The position numbers and the translations under genes are program-made. From contig JAYOLW010000003.1 of assembly GCA_038120515.1 (NCBI GenBank), forward strand, positions 25,605-83,713: a stretch of DNA of 58,109 nucleotides. Reading direction: 5' to 3'. A model generated the notes under the pieces. It searched no databases. It was given only the letters and a program-made list of their open reading frames with translations, and had not been told where the DNA came from. Source of the DNA: Rickettsiales bacterium. Lineage in GTDB: Bacteria > Pseudomonadota > Alphaproteobacteria > Rickettsiales > JABIRX01. Below are positions 48,278 through 56,870 of the stretch, piece by piece. Numbering within the stretch: position 1 is the stretch's first letter; each line of letters opens with the position of its first letter.

Positions 48278-48601
48278 ATGAATAAATTAACAAAAACTTT
48301 TATTATTGGTTCAGCCCTAATTTTATCAAGCTGTGGAACTGCTGGAATGAGTAAATCTGGATCAGGGATTTATATATCTGCAACTGATGGTATTCACACT
48401 AATAATGATGTCAAATCTAACAAATCTGGTGAGGCATGCATGTATAACATCTTCGGCCTTGTGGCTTCTGGTGATATCTCTGTTGCGGCTGCTAAAGAAG
48501 CTGGTAATATTACTAATGTTGCATCAATTGAAAGAACTAATTTAGGTATCAACTATCCTGTAAGTTTTGCAAAAACATGTACTATTATCAAAGGTAACTA
48601 A
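48278..48601 (+). CDS. TRL-like family lipoprotein (paralog 2)
   Basis: It has a lipobox, LILSS|C. It shares the GEACMYNIFGLVASGDISVAAAKEAGNITNVASIE...CTIIKGN pattern with the upstream paralog. Confidence 0.6.
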   Translation: MNKLTKTFIIGSALILSSCGTAGMSKSGSGIYISATDGIHTNNDVKSNKSGEACMYNIFGLVASGDISVAAAKEAGNITNVASIERTNLGINYPVSFAKTCTIIKGN

Positions 48602-48626
48602 TAAATCATTATTAGTTCAAAAAATT

Positions 48627-48651
48627 AAAGCCCGCTTTGGCGGGCTTTTTT
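48627..48651. terminator. Rho-independent terminator (bidirectional position)
   Basis: The 9-bp stem is aaagcccgc/gcgggcttt with loop tttg, followed by a T run. It lies between the convergent TRL and PPIase genes. Confidence 0.85.
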
Positions 48652-48676
48652 CATTTCTAAAAACGGAAAAAACTTA

Positions 48677-49537
48677 TTAATTAACAATTACAATATTGGC
48701 ATTTGCTAGAGTTTCTTTCACAAATTCTTGAACATTTTTTCTAGCCATTGTTTGCGCCAAACCATCTTTGGCATCTTTGAAATTATTAATTTTGGCAGGC
48801 CTTCTTTCTTCTAATTTTACAATCATCCATTTATCTGAAACTAGAAATACATCGGAGATCTGACCTTGATTTAAATCTTTAGAATTAGTTAAAATTTCAG
48901 CAGGTAATGCATCTTCAATAATAAAACCAATATCACCACCATTTTTAGCAGATTGTTCATCAATAGAATTAGCCTTAGCAAGATCAGCAAAACTATTAGG
49001 AGCTTTAACTAATTTAGCATGGATAGAATCCGCATCAGTTTGTTTATCAACTATTATATATCTTAACCTTAGATCTTCTTTATCTTTAAAAGCTTCTAAT
49101 AATTTGTCATATTGATTCTGCAAAGCCTCATCAGTAATTTTAGCTTTAGCAATTTCTGATAAATATTTTTGTTTTAAAAGATCCATTTTATATTGTTTAA
49201 CAGATTCTTGAAACATTTTATCTTGATGATAATTTGCCTCCATTGCTTTTTGATAAACGATTTTTTGCATCACAACTTCATTTATAATTGTTTGCTGTTG
49301 TTCTGGATTTAGATCATCAAAGCTTATATTTGCCAGTTGTTGGTTTTGAAATGATAATTTACGAATTTGAATATTAACATCTTCAGTTGTAACAACACCA
49401 TCATTGAAATTTGCAATAATAACACCTTGGCTTGTTTCACCATTTTTATTTAGAAACTTGTAAGCAACAAAAGACAGTGTAAATAATGCAAAAACAACAA
49501 AAATAATTAATAGTAACTTCTTATTTTTCATGATCAT
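48677..49537 (-). CDS. Membrane-anchored parvulin-type peptidyl-prolyl isomerase (PpiD/SurA-like)
   Basis: It has an N-terminal TM anchor. The C-terminal rotamase segment SAKNGGDIGFI...GQISDVF...WMIVKLEE is present. Confidence 0.75.
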   Translation of the reverse strand: MIMKNKKLLLIIFVVFALFTLSFVAYKFLNKNGETSQGVIIANFNDGVVTTEDVNIQIRKLSFQNQQLANISFDDLNPEQQQTIINEVVMQKIVYQKAMEANYHQDKMFQESVKQYKMDLLKQKYLSEIAKAKITDEALQNQYDKLLEAFKDKEDLRLRYIIVDKQTDADSIHAKLVKAPNSFADLAKANSIDEQSAKNGGDIGFIIEDALPAEILTNSKDLNQGQISDVFLVSDKWMIVKLEERRPAKINNFKDAKDGLAQTMARKNVQEFVKETLANANIVIVN

Positions 49538-49879
49538 ATTTGATAAAATTAATTTAAAATAACTAAATCATTTAACTATTATGATTATAAAAACAAGGGC
49601 AAAAACTTTTATATTCATATCTTTGTATAACATTTTTAAAACATTATAACTTTTCATCTGCATCGTTAGCATTTACATTACTTTATAGCCACAACTCTGA
49701 ATATACTTCGTTTTAGAACGGCACCTTTATCGATTAGACGACATTATTTAGGTGCACAACTCATATTATTTACAACATGCTAATAATAGCCTTTTACACA
49801 TGCTTTTTGTTAATTAATCAAAACATTACTATTAAACAACAAATGAAAAGTTGTAGATTTAAAAGAATATTTCATCTTA

Positions 49880-51253
49880 TTAAAAACTGTATCTTAAACT
49901 TAAAAACATATTTGTGTTTTGATTAAATTGATTAAAGAAAGTCGCAATATTATCACCATAGAAAAAATTACCTCCAATGGCTGTTGTCCAATTATCATTT
50001 AATTTATAACTGATTTTTAAGCGTGTATACCCATCATTATCTGTAGGGCTATAGAAGTTGTAAAAAGCAAATTTAAGATTTTGATTTAACATCAACTTGG
50101 TCAAACGTAAAGTAATCACCTGTCTTAATTTATCTTTTTGATATGCAGGATCTAAAAGATTGACCTTATAATTTTTATAATCATCCATTAATTCAAAATA
50201 ATATTGAAATGATCCAGTAAATTCAGGAATTATCTCTTGCTCATATCCAATTAAGAATCTCCACTCGCTATTTCTAACAAAAGCATTTACCCCAGATTTA
50301 TCGTCAAGGCTTTTATAAAAACCTAATTCAGCATTGGCTATTCCTTTAAACAAAGATCCACGGGCACTAGCACCATATACAGATAATTTTGGAAAATAAT
50401 ACAAACCTGTTAATTGATTTTGTCCTTCAGGACTTTTCCAATAGCCATTATAAAAATACAAAGCAGTTTCAATCGCATTTATATTTTTATATAAACGAAC
50501 AGCAATTTCATCTTCTTTAAATAATTGAGAATTTTCATCAGTTATAATCAAAGCATCTCTTCCCACAATTCTGGCAAAATTATTATTGTAATATGAAATT
50601 CTACTACCATCTATATAGCGATCACTATCAAAATCAGGTGAATATACAAAATTTAAATTTACAAACTCAGTAAAATAAGCAAATTTTAAAGCATTTGATG
50701 GTGCCTTAAGATATTCATCATCTCGACCAATAAAAAATGAATTCCAATCTTTAGGAAACATATCATTAATAAAAACCAGATCTCCTGTTCCCCAGGTTAA
50801 AGTTTGGCGTCCAATTTTAATATCTAAATCATCATTTACCCTATATAATATATTTGCTTCTCGCAAATCCATCCAACCCTTACCATTTTCTAGGTCAGCT
50901 TCGTTATTTTCAGCTACATTATCATATATTAGATCAAAACTTAATGTATAAGTCATGATATCAGATGAATATTCTGAAGTAAAATGTCCCCTAATTTCTG
51001 CTACTGATGCATCTTTTTCATATTGATCATCTTGTAAGCGATTACCATATATCGATTCTAAAAAACCATTAAGTTCAAATGGCAAACTTAATCGCCAATC
51101 TGACTGCCGATATTTTATTATATCTTGCTTTGAATCATCACTTAAACCATTTAAAAGTAACGCTTCACTATTTCCTAAACCAAAAGGAAGCAAAGGTTCA
51201 TTAGCAAAAACAAAACTTGGTAATAGTAAAGCAATTACAATAATTTTTGTCAT
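49880..51253 (-). CDS. Outer-membrane beta-barrel protein (DUF1302/alginate-export-like feel)
   Basis: It has a signal peptide and a KIGRQTLTWGTGDL motif. An alternating beta pattern ends in a C-terminal ...SLRYSF. The stop of the LolA-like gene abuts its start with no gap (51254 next to 51253). Confidence 0.55.
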   Translation of the reverse strand: MTKIIVIALLLPSFVFANEPLLPFGLGNSEALLLNGLSDDSKQDIIKYRQSDWRLSLPFELNGFLESIYGNRLQDDQYEKDASVAEIRGHFTSEYSSDIMTYTLSFDLIYDNVAENNEADLENGKGWMDLREANILYRVNDDLDIKIGRQTLTWGTGDLVFINDMFPKDWNSFFIGRDDEYLKAPSNALKFAYFTEFVNLNFVYSPDFDSDRYIDGSRISYYNNNFARIVGRDALIITDENSQLFKEDEIAVRLYKNINAIETALYFYNGYWKSPEGQNQLTGLYYFPKLSVYGASARGSLFKGIANAELGFYKSLDDKSGVNAFVRNSEWRFLIGYEQEIIPEFTGSFQYYFELMDDYKNYKVNLLDPAYQKDKLRQVITLRLTKLMLNQNLKFAFYNFYSPTDNDGYTRLKISYKLNDNWTTAIGGNFFYGDNIATFFNQFNQNTNMFLSLRYSF

Positions 51254-52033
51254 TTATCTTAATTCTTTTCTTGGCGGATTTCTAAGATATCTTTCAGTAA
51301 ATAAATCCTCAGCAAAACCAATATCATAATCAACATTACTATAACTCATAATTGTATAACCACCAATATTAGAATCTGAAACTTTTGCTGCAGTAACGGT
51401 TTGATATCCTTCTACATCTTCTATTTTTAAAACTTCAAAAACTCGATAGGGTTTACCAGATTTATCAAAAAACTCGGCCTTTACAGGTAAAAATGAGGCT
51501 TTATAAATCCATGATTTATATTTTGAAAATTCAACAGATTCTGGATCTAAAGGCACGCTATTTATTACATAATAATCATTAGTTTCTTCTATTAATTCAT
51601 GATTATCTTCGGCAGGGTTACGCCCAGAAACATCTTCATAAAAGAAATGAGAACCGACAAAACTTGTGCGTTTGTCACTTGCAGCAATTCTTTTAACTAA
51701 ATCTAAAGCTGGCAAATATAACCAACGATCATCATCACTATTAATATTTTTCCAAACCAAAAATGCAGTTTTGTTAACATCTGCAGGTCTTGTAAAATAA
51801 ACATAGAATTTTTGGGATCCATCATTTGCATCATCAATATCCTTACGCAATATTGTAATATTTCTTGAGCGTTCTCGTCCCTTTGCATCAGTGATAACCA
51901 TTTCAACTTTAGCCTTACCATCAACTCCTTGATAATAAGACATATGATTTGCCTTAGTGACAATCTCATCTACAGAAATGGCATTGGCATTGATTGATAA
52001 AAAAACAACAAAACTAAAAAAAACTTTTTTCAT
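51254..52033 (-). CDS. Outer-membrane lipoprotein-sorting (LolA-like) family protein
   Basis: It has a signal peptide, MKKVFFSFVVFLSINANA. The RWLYLPALDLVKRIAASDKRTSFVGSHFFYEDV segment matches the LolA_like family pattern. Confidence 0.7.
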   Translation of the reverse strand: MKKVFFSFVVFLSINANAISVDEIVTKANHMSYYQGVDGKAKVEMVITDAKGRERSRNITILRKDIDDANDGSQKFYVYFTRPADVNKTAFLVWKNINSDDDRWLYLPALDLVKRIAASDKRTSFVGSHFFYEDVSGRNPAEDNHELIEETNDYYVINSVPLDPESVEFSKYKSWIYKASFLPVKAEFFDKSGKPYRVFEVLKIEDVEGYQTVTAAKVSDSNIGGYTIMSYSNVDYDIGFAEDLFTERYLRNPPRKELR

Positions 52034-54599
52034 TTTTCTTCTTCTTAAAAATAAAATTTTTACTAACAGTGATTATTGCTGGTAACAAAAATAGTGTTGC
52101 AGCGCCAGCAAAGAATAAAATTGCCGAAATAAATATACCAACTGTTTTATACGGAACTAAAGGAGCAGCAAGCAGTGGCAAGAATCCAACTCCAATTACC
52201 ACAACATTTCTTGCAATAGCCCTTGCAGGTTCACCAAAGATAAGTTTGTTAGTTTTCTGCCAATTACCTTGATACAATTCACGACTTCTGGCCAAAAAAT
52301 GAATAGCATAATCAACAGCAAGGCCTAAACTAAGAGATGATAGAACCGCAACTGGCATATCATAATCTTTACCGACCAAACCAATTAGCCCATAAATCAA
52401 ACCGATTGTTATTGTCAGTGGAATCATGCATAAAACTCCCCAAACAAATGAACGAAATAACAATATCATCATAAAAAGCACAATAATAAAACTTCCTGTG
52501 AATGCATCTAACATACCAGACACCATTTTATCTTGCCAAACTGTATTGATATAAGTAAGCCCAAACCATCTTGCTTGAATAGCAAAAGGCGCAGTATTAT
52601 TATCAAGGAATTCATCTACTGCAGCTACAACTTTATTCATATCTTTATTGTCACCAGTTTTTAACTGTAACCAAAGATTAGTACTTTTATAGTCAGGAGT
52701 TACAAAATGCCAAAGGTCATGAGGTCTATGACTACTTTGATAAGTAATCAAAGTTTGTGCAATTGCGGCTTTAGAATTAGGAATAATAAATTGATCATTA
52801 GAACCAAGAAATAATTCCCTATGCACAGTTTTTACAATATCAGGCAAAGCATTACTCTTACCAACTAAGTTTGTCGTTAAGAGGTAATTCTGTAAACTTG
52901 CTATATATTTTAACATTTGTGGATCTTTAAAAATCTCATCCGATTGTTTAAACTGATCTACAACAATTAAGGCTACATCCCAATCTTCCCATTCTTGATC
53001 AGTTTGTGCAGCATCTTGTTTATCAAGAATATAATTTATCAAAGCCTCAATAAGGCCATCATAATATTCATAGTTTGCAATAAAATTTTTTATATCAGAA
53101 TAAACAAAATTATTAATGATAGATAATTCAGCTAGAATGTTATCTTTAAGATTAATTTTAACATCTTGTTTTATTGGCGCCAATTCTAAATACGCCATAT
53201 ATGTTCCAGCAAATTTTTCATTTAAGGCCAAATCAGCAACTCTTATATCATGTGATTTTACAAACCATTTTACTGGATTATCATTTATCTGAATTTTACC
53301 AATACCATAATATGCTACTCCCGCCAATATAAAAGCAGACAAAATTACTATCCTAGCACGATTATATGTAAATTCTCCGATAGCTTTAAGTAATTTGGTT
53401 AGAAAGGTTGATTCTTGCAAATGATTCAGACCAAAACCTTTAAGTGAATGCTCAGATAGAAGCATTATATATGCAGGAACTAATGTAATTGTTAAAATCC
53501 AAGCAAAGAAAACACCAATTGCTATAAAAATTCCAAAAATTTGCACTGGCGGAATTGGTGTAAAAGCTAATGAGGCAAAACCAGCACATGTTGTAACTGA
53601 AGTGTAAAACATTGGTTTTGATAACTCATCCATTACCTGTAGCAAAGTTTGCTTACGCTGTAAATTTTTTGGATATTTATCAAAGAAATCTGATAAAATA
53701 TGCACCGCATCAAGAACCGCTATAGGCATGATAAAAATTGGAATCATAGAGCTCATGATATGGACTGTATTTCCAGTTATAACCAACAATCCCATTGTTA
53801 TCAGAACCGAAATCATAGCTACAATCATTGGGGCAATGATAATATTTGTATGCCTAAAGAACAACCACATGAGCAAAAATATTAATATCATCGCCATAGG
53901 AGCCGAGACCGCCATTTGTACAAACATTTCAACACCAAATTGATCTTGGGCAATTGGTAAACCAGTAATATGATATTGATCAGGACTATCAAATTCAGAT
54001 ATTTTCTGGCGTAATTTTTCAGCAATTTCAAAACTAACATTTTTTGAAGTTATTGGAATATAAAGTGCCAAAGCTTTATTATCATCAGAGATTAAAGTAT
54101 TCTTTAAGAAAGGAATATTAGCAGCCTTTTTGGCAATTTCTAAAGCAGATTGATCATTTGCAGGTGGAGTTTGCATAAGCCATTCAAAACGAACAGAACC
54201 TATCCCCCCCTGTTCTATATTATCAACAGTTGAGGGCGCAATAATATCTGAAGCAATTACACCTGATAAAGTTTTAGCATATTCAGTTAGCTCATAAATA
54301 TTTTTTAATGTTTTTGCATTGAACACACCATTTTCGCTTTGATCATTGATCACACCCACAACGATTATATCATTAAGATCAAATTTTTTTTTCATCTCAT
54401 TATGAAAAACTCTAACCTCTTCATTTTCTGATAGCATATTTTCAGGATCAGTATCAATTCTAAGGGGATTTAAAAAATGATCTAAAGATGGATTAAATGT
54501 CGGAATAAGTACTAACAATATAAGAATAACGCTGATTACAGCCGAAGACCAAAACCATAATTTTGGTCTACGAATAGCATGTAAGGACAAAGACAACAT
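52014..54599 (-). CDS. MMPL/RND-superfamily exporter (HpnN-like architecture)
   Basis: The protein is 861 aa. It has two repeats of (TM, large periplasmic loop, 5 TM). The N-terminal ...RRPKLWFWSS... TM and the DPENMLS segment are typical of MMPL-type putative lipid exporters. It overlaps the downstream gene by 20 nt. Confidence 0.8.
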   Translation of the reverse strand: MLSLSLHAIRRPKLWFWSSAVISVILILLVLIPTFNPSLDHFLNPLRIDTDPENMLSENEEVRVFHNEMKKKFDLNDIIVVGVINDQSENGVFNAKTLKNIYELTEYAKTLSGVIASDIIAPSTVDNIEQGGIGSVRFEWLMQTPPANDQSALEIAKKAANIPFLKNTLISDDNKALALYIPITSKNVSFEIAEKLRQKISEFDSPDQYHITGLPIAQDQFGVEMFVQMAVSAPMAMILIFLLMWLFFRHTNIIIAPMIVAMISVLITMGLLVITGNTVHIMSSMIPIFIMPIAVLDAVHILSDFFDKYPKNLQRKQTLLQVMDELSKPMFYTSVTTCAGFASLAFTPIPPVQIFGIFIAIGVFFAWILTITLVPAYIMLLSEHSLKGFGLNHLQESTFLTKLLKAIGEFTYNRARIVILSAFILAGVAYYGIGKIQINDNPVKWFVKSHDIRVADLALNEKFAGTYMAYLELAPIKQDVKINLKDNILAELSIINNFVYSDIKNFIANYEYYDGLIEALINYILDKQDAAQTDQEWEDWDVALIVVDQFKQSDEIFKDPQMLKYIASLQNYLLTTNLVGKSNALPDIVKTVHRELFLGSNDQFIIPNSKAAIAQTLITYQSSHRPHDLWHFVTPDYKSTNLWLQLKTGDNKDMNKVVAAVDEFLDNNTAPFAIQARWFGLTYINTVWQDKMVSGMLDAFTGSFIIVLFMMILLFRSFVWGVLCMIPLTITIGLIYGLIGLVGKDYDMPVAVLSSLSLGLAVDYAIHFLARSRELYQGNWQKTNKLIFGEPARAIARNVVVIGVGFLPLLAAPLVPYKTVGIFISAILFFAGAATLFLLPAIITVSKNFIFKKKKNEKSFF

Positions 54600-54608
54600 C
54601 GTATATAC

Positions 54609-54812
54609 TTATTTAAAAGCTTCACCCGGTTTAAAACCAAATTTCTTTAAAATAAGCGCCAAAGGACAAAAACCTGTAAAGGCAGATTGAAACATATTTA
54701 GGCCAACAAAAGCCGTAAGAAAAAGCCAATATTGATGAATCCAAACACCCAATGCAAGACTAATTAAAATAACCAACCCCGCAAAAGCAAAAACAAAACG
54801 ATCAATATTCAT
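54609..54812 (-). CDS. DUF2892-family small membrane protein (YgaP C-terminal-like)
   Basis: The protein is 67 aa with two TM helices and a GFCPL motif. Confidence 0.7.
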   Translation of the reverse strand: MNIDRFVFAFAGLVILISLALGVWIHQYWLFLTAFVGLNMFQSAFTGFCPLALILKKFGFKPGEAFK

Positions 54813-54885
54813 ATTGCAAAACCATATTAATTTAGTATTATCTAATTTAGATTATTCTAAACAACTAATTCGTCAAGAGCTTAAA

Positions 54886-55185
54886 ATGCGAATAGAACAA
54901 TTTAATCAAAATGGCTTCAATCAAGCTTTAAAGCTAATAAAATCATTAAATAATTCTAAAAGACTTATGATATTATGCTTATTATGTGATACCAAACTAA
55001 CTGTTTCTGAGCTTGCACAAAATATAGGTTTATCCCTATCACCTACCTCACAGCATCTAGCCATATTAAGAAAAAACTGTTACATTAAGGCTGAGAAAAA
55101 AAGGCAAAAAGTATATTACAGCCTGAATAGCCAAGAAGTTCAAGAAATGATATCATTACTCAAACATTTGTTTTGTAACAAATAA
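54886..55185 (+). CDS. ArsR/SmtB-family transcriptional regulator
   Basis: The ATG at 54886 gives 99 aa. It has a wHTH (LTVSELAQNIGLSLSPTSQHLAILRK). It is divergent from the DUF2892 gene, a pairing reminiscent of ygaV-ygaP. The ORF-track start at 54814 is a TTG. Confidence 0.8.
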   Translation: MRIEQFNQNGFNQALKLIKSLNNSKRLMILCLLCDTKLTVSELAQNIGLSLSPTSQHLAILRKNCYIKAEKKRQKVYYSLNSQEVQEMISLLKHLFCNK

Positions 55186-55495
55186 ATCAAGCTTTTATTT
55201 AGAAAATTAAAAAAATGTGATGAATTCTTACCGTAAAGCTAGTGAACACTCAATAAATTAAAAATTTATACCAAGGTAAAATTAGGGAAATTTAAGGGAA
55301 AGCTATAAAATTAAATTGAGTTGGTAATAACAGATTTGGGACAGTCTCATTATCAATATGTATCATATTTAAAAAGCTAAGACCAAAACAAAGACTTAGA
55401 AAGCGGCGTTAGCCAAAGAGATAATTGTTAGGCTGATTTTAGCAGAATTTTGTGAAAAACGAACAAGAAAAAGGACGACCGAAATTGAAATTTTA

Positions 55496-55723
55496 AAGCC
55501 TCAAACCCTTAGATTTACTGGGCTTAGAGCGTTGATTGTGATTGGAGAAAAATAGAGCGGAGACGAGGTTAGAACCAGTTAAACTGGCGGTACAGAAGAT
55601 ATGATTTGCGAACTTTTCGACGAATTTATAAACCCAGTATTTATATGGGTTAAAAGCTTGTTTGGGTCGTCCTAAAAATTTCGAACTTTTGCACTTGTTG
55701 AGGCAAGAAGCACCTTTTACAAA
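55496..55723 (-). pseudogene. Possible relic of a tyrosine-recombinase C-terminus (start-less 76-codon open frame)
   Basis: The frame is stop-free between TAG (55724-55726) and TAA (55493-55495) and has no ATG, GTG or TTG start. Its translation is FVKGASCLNKCKSSKFLGRPKQAFNPYKYWVYKFVEKFANHIFCTASLTGSNLVSALFFSNHNQRSKPSKSKGLRL. The segment ...NHIFCTASLTGSNLVSALFFSNH aligns by eye with recombinase box II (RHtFAT.L...G..L..i...LGH) at H, F, T, L, G, L and H. The catalytic R and Y are absent. Confidence 0.25.
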
Positions 55724-55809
55724 CTAATAAGATATAATCAGATATTTTTGTGGATATTGAATCTTTAATAAATTAGCATTAGTTAAACAATTTTAACTAA
55801 AATTAATTT

Positions 55810-56868
55810 ATGATAAATTATAAAGCTAATATCAATAATGATATTTTAAATCTAATTAGTGAAATAGAAGAATTCAAAGGAAGATGGCAAGCAATTAATA
55901 CCTTATCTCCTGATCGTCTAAAAATGCTGAAAAAATCAGCAACTATTGAATCAATTGCTTCAAGCACAAGAATAGAAGGTGCTAAATTAAGCGATACACA
56001 GGTGGAGACCCTTCTTTCCAATATCAATAAAACATCATTTAGAAATCGTGATGAAGAAGAAGTTGCTGGTTATTCTGATGCAATGGATTTGATCTTAAGT
56101 AATTTTGATGATCTAGAAATTAGTGAAAATCATATAAAACAACTTCATTCAATTTTACTAAAACATAGCTCGAAAGATATTCGCCATAGAGGTGAATATA
56201 AAAAATTAGACAATCATGTAGTTGCTTTTGATGAAAATGGCAAAGAAATAGGAGTTGTTTTTAAAACTGCCACACCATTTGAAACGCCAATGAAAATGAC
56301 AGATTTAGTTGTTTGGATTAATAAATCTTTAGAATTAAAAGAAACTCACCCTCTAATCATAACTGGAATTTTTATTGTAGTATTTTTAGCAATTCATCCT
56401 TTTCAAGATGGCAATGGCAGGTTATCAAGAATTTTAACCAATTTATTATTACTAAAACTTGGTTATGGCTATATCCAATATAGCTCTTTAGAAAGTATTA
56501 TTGAGGAAAATAAAGACCTTTACTACAAAAATTTGCGAGATTGTCAAAAAACTTTAGATAGCAAAAAAATTAAATTTGAGAATTGGCTAATATTCTTCTT
56601 AAAATCTCTAAAAAAACAAAAAGATAATTTAGAGAAAAAAATTAAAGCTGAGAAAATTTTACAGGAGAATTTTGATAAATTGCATTTACAAATTTTAGAA
56701 ATTCTTAAAAATCATAATTCCCTTTCAGTTTCTGATATTCAGAAATTATCTGGTGCTAATTACAATACCCTAAAAGTTAAACTGAAAGATTTAGTGCAAA
56801 TGAAAAAGATTGTGACGGTTGGTAAAGGTAGAGGTGTTGTTTATCAAATTAAAATAAATCAGAATTAA
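55810..56868 (+). CDS. Fic-domain protein (AMPylase-type) with N-terminal inhibitory-helix motif and C-terminal wHTH
   Basis: The canonical motif HPFQDGNGRLSR is at aa 196-207 (nt 56395-56430). STRIEG at aa 52-57 fits the (S/T)xxxE(G/N) auto-inhibition motif. A C-terminal winged-helix-like segment is present (SVSDIQKLSGANYNTLKVKLKDLVQMKKIV). Confidence 0.9.
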   Translation: MINYKANINNDILNLISEIEEFKGRWQAINTLSPDRLKMLKKSATIESIASSTRIEGAKLSDTQVETLLSNINKTSFRNRDEEEVAGYSDAMDLILSNFDDLEISENHIKQLHSILLKHSSKDIRHRGEYKKLDNHVVAFDENGKEIGVVFKTATPFETPMKMTDLVVWINKSLELKETHPLIITGIFIVVFLAIHPFQDGNGRLSRILTNLLLLKLGYGYIQYSSLESIIEENKDLYYKNLRDCQKTLDSKKIKFENWLIFFLKSLKKQKDNLEKKIKAEKILQENFDKLHLQILEILKNHNSLSVSDIQKLSGANYNTLKVKLKDLVQMKKIVTVGKGRGVVYQIKINQN

Positions 56869-56870
56869 TT

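Noticed and set aside
53700-53943. Two overlapping plus-strand ORFs antisense to the MMPL gene, plus 52069..52272.
   Set aside because: They lie inside a continuous 861-aa transporter frame and have no independent support.
55583-55613. A segment (actggcggtacagaagatatgatttgcgaac) loosely resembling the 3' end of tRNA-Ser (actggcggagaggacaggatttgaacc). It could be a decayed att copy bracketing the Fic/HEPN cargo.
   Set aside because: Only about 23 matched positions are found, two indels are needed, and the T-stem and acceptor pairing are not preserved. The same bases encode the best-matching part of the recombinase-like frame. I keep it as an untested alternative and do not call it a feature.
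55186-55809. tmRNA (including the two-piece alphaproteobacterial form), RNase P RNA or SRP RNA in the long gap.
   Set aside because: I found no GGTTCGA-type T-arm with a matching acceptor pair. There is no plausible tag ORF ending in AA-stop; the candidates ANFSTNL* and ANAAF* are too short or atypical. There is no GAGGAAAGTCC-like P4 or other universal core motif on either strand.
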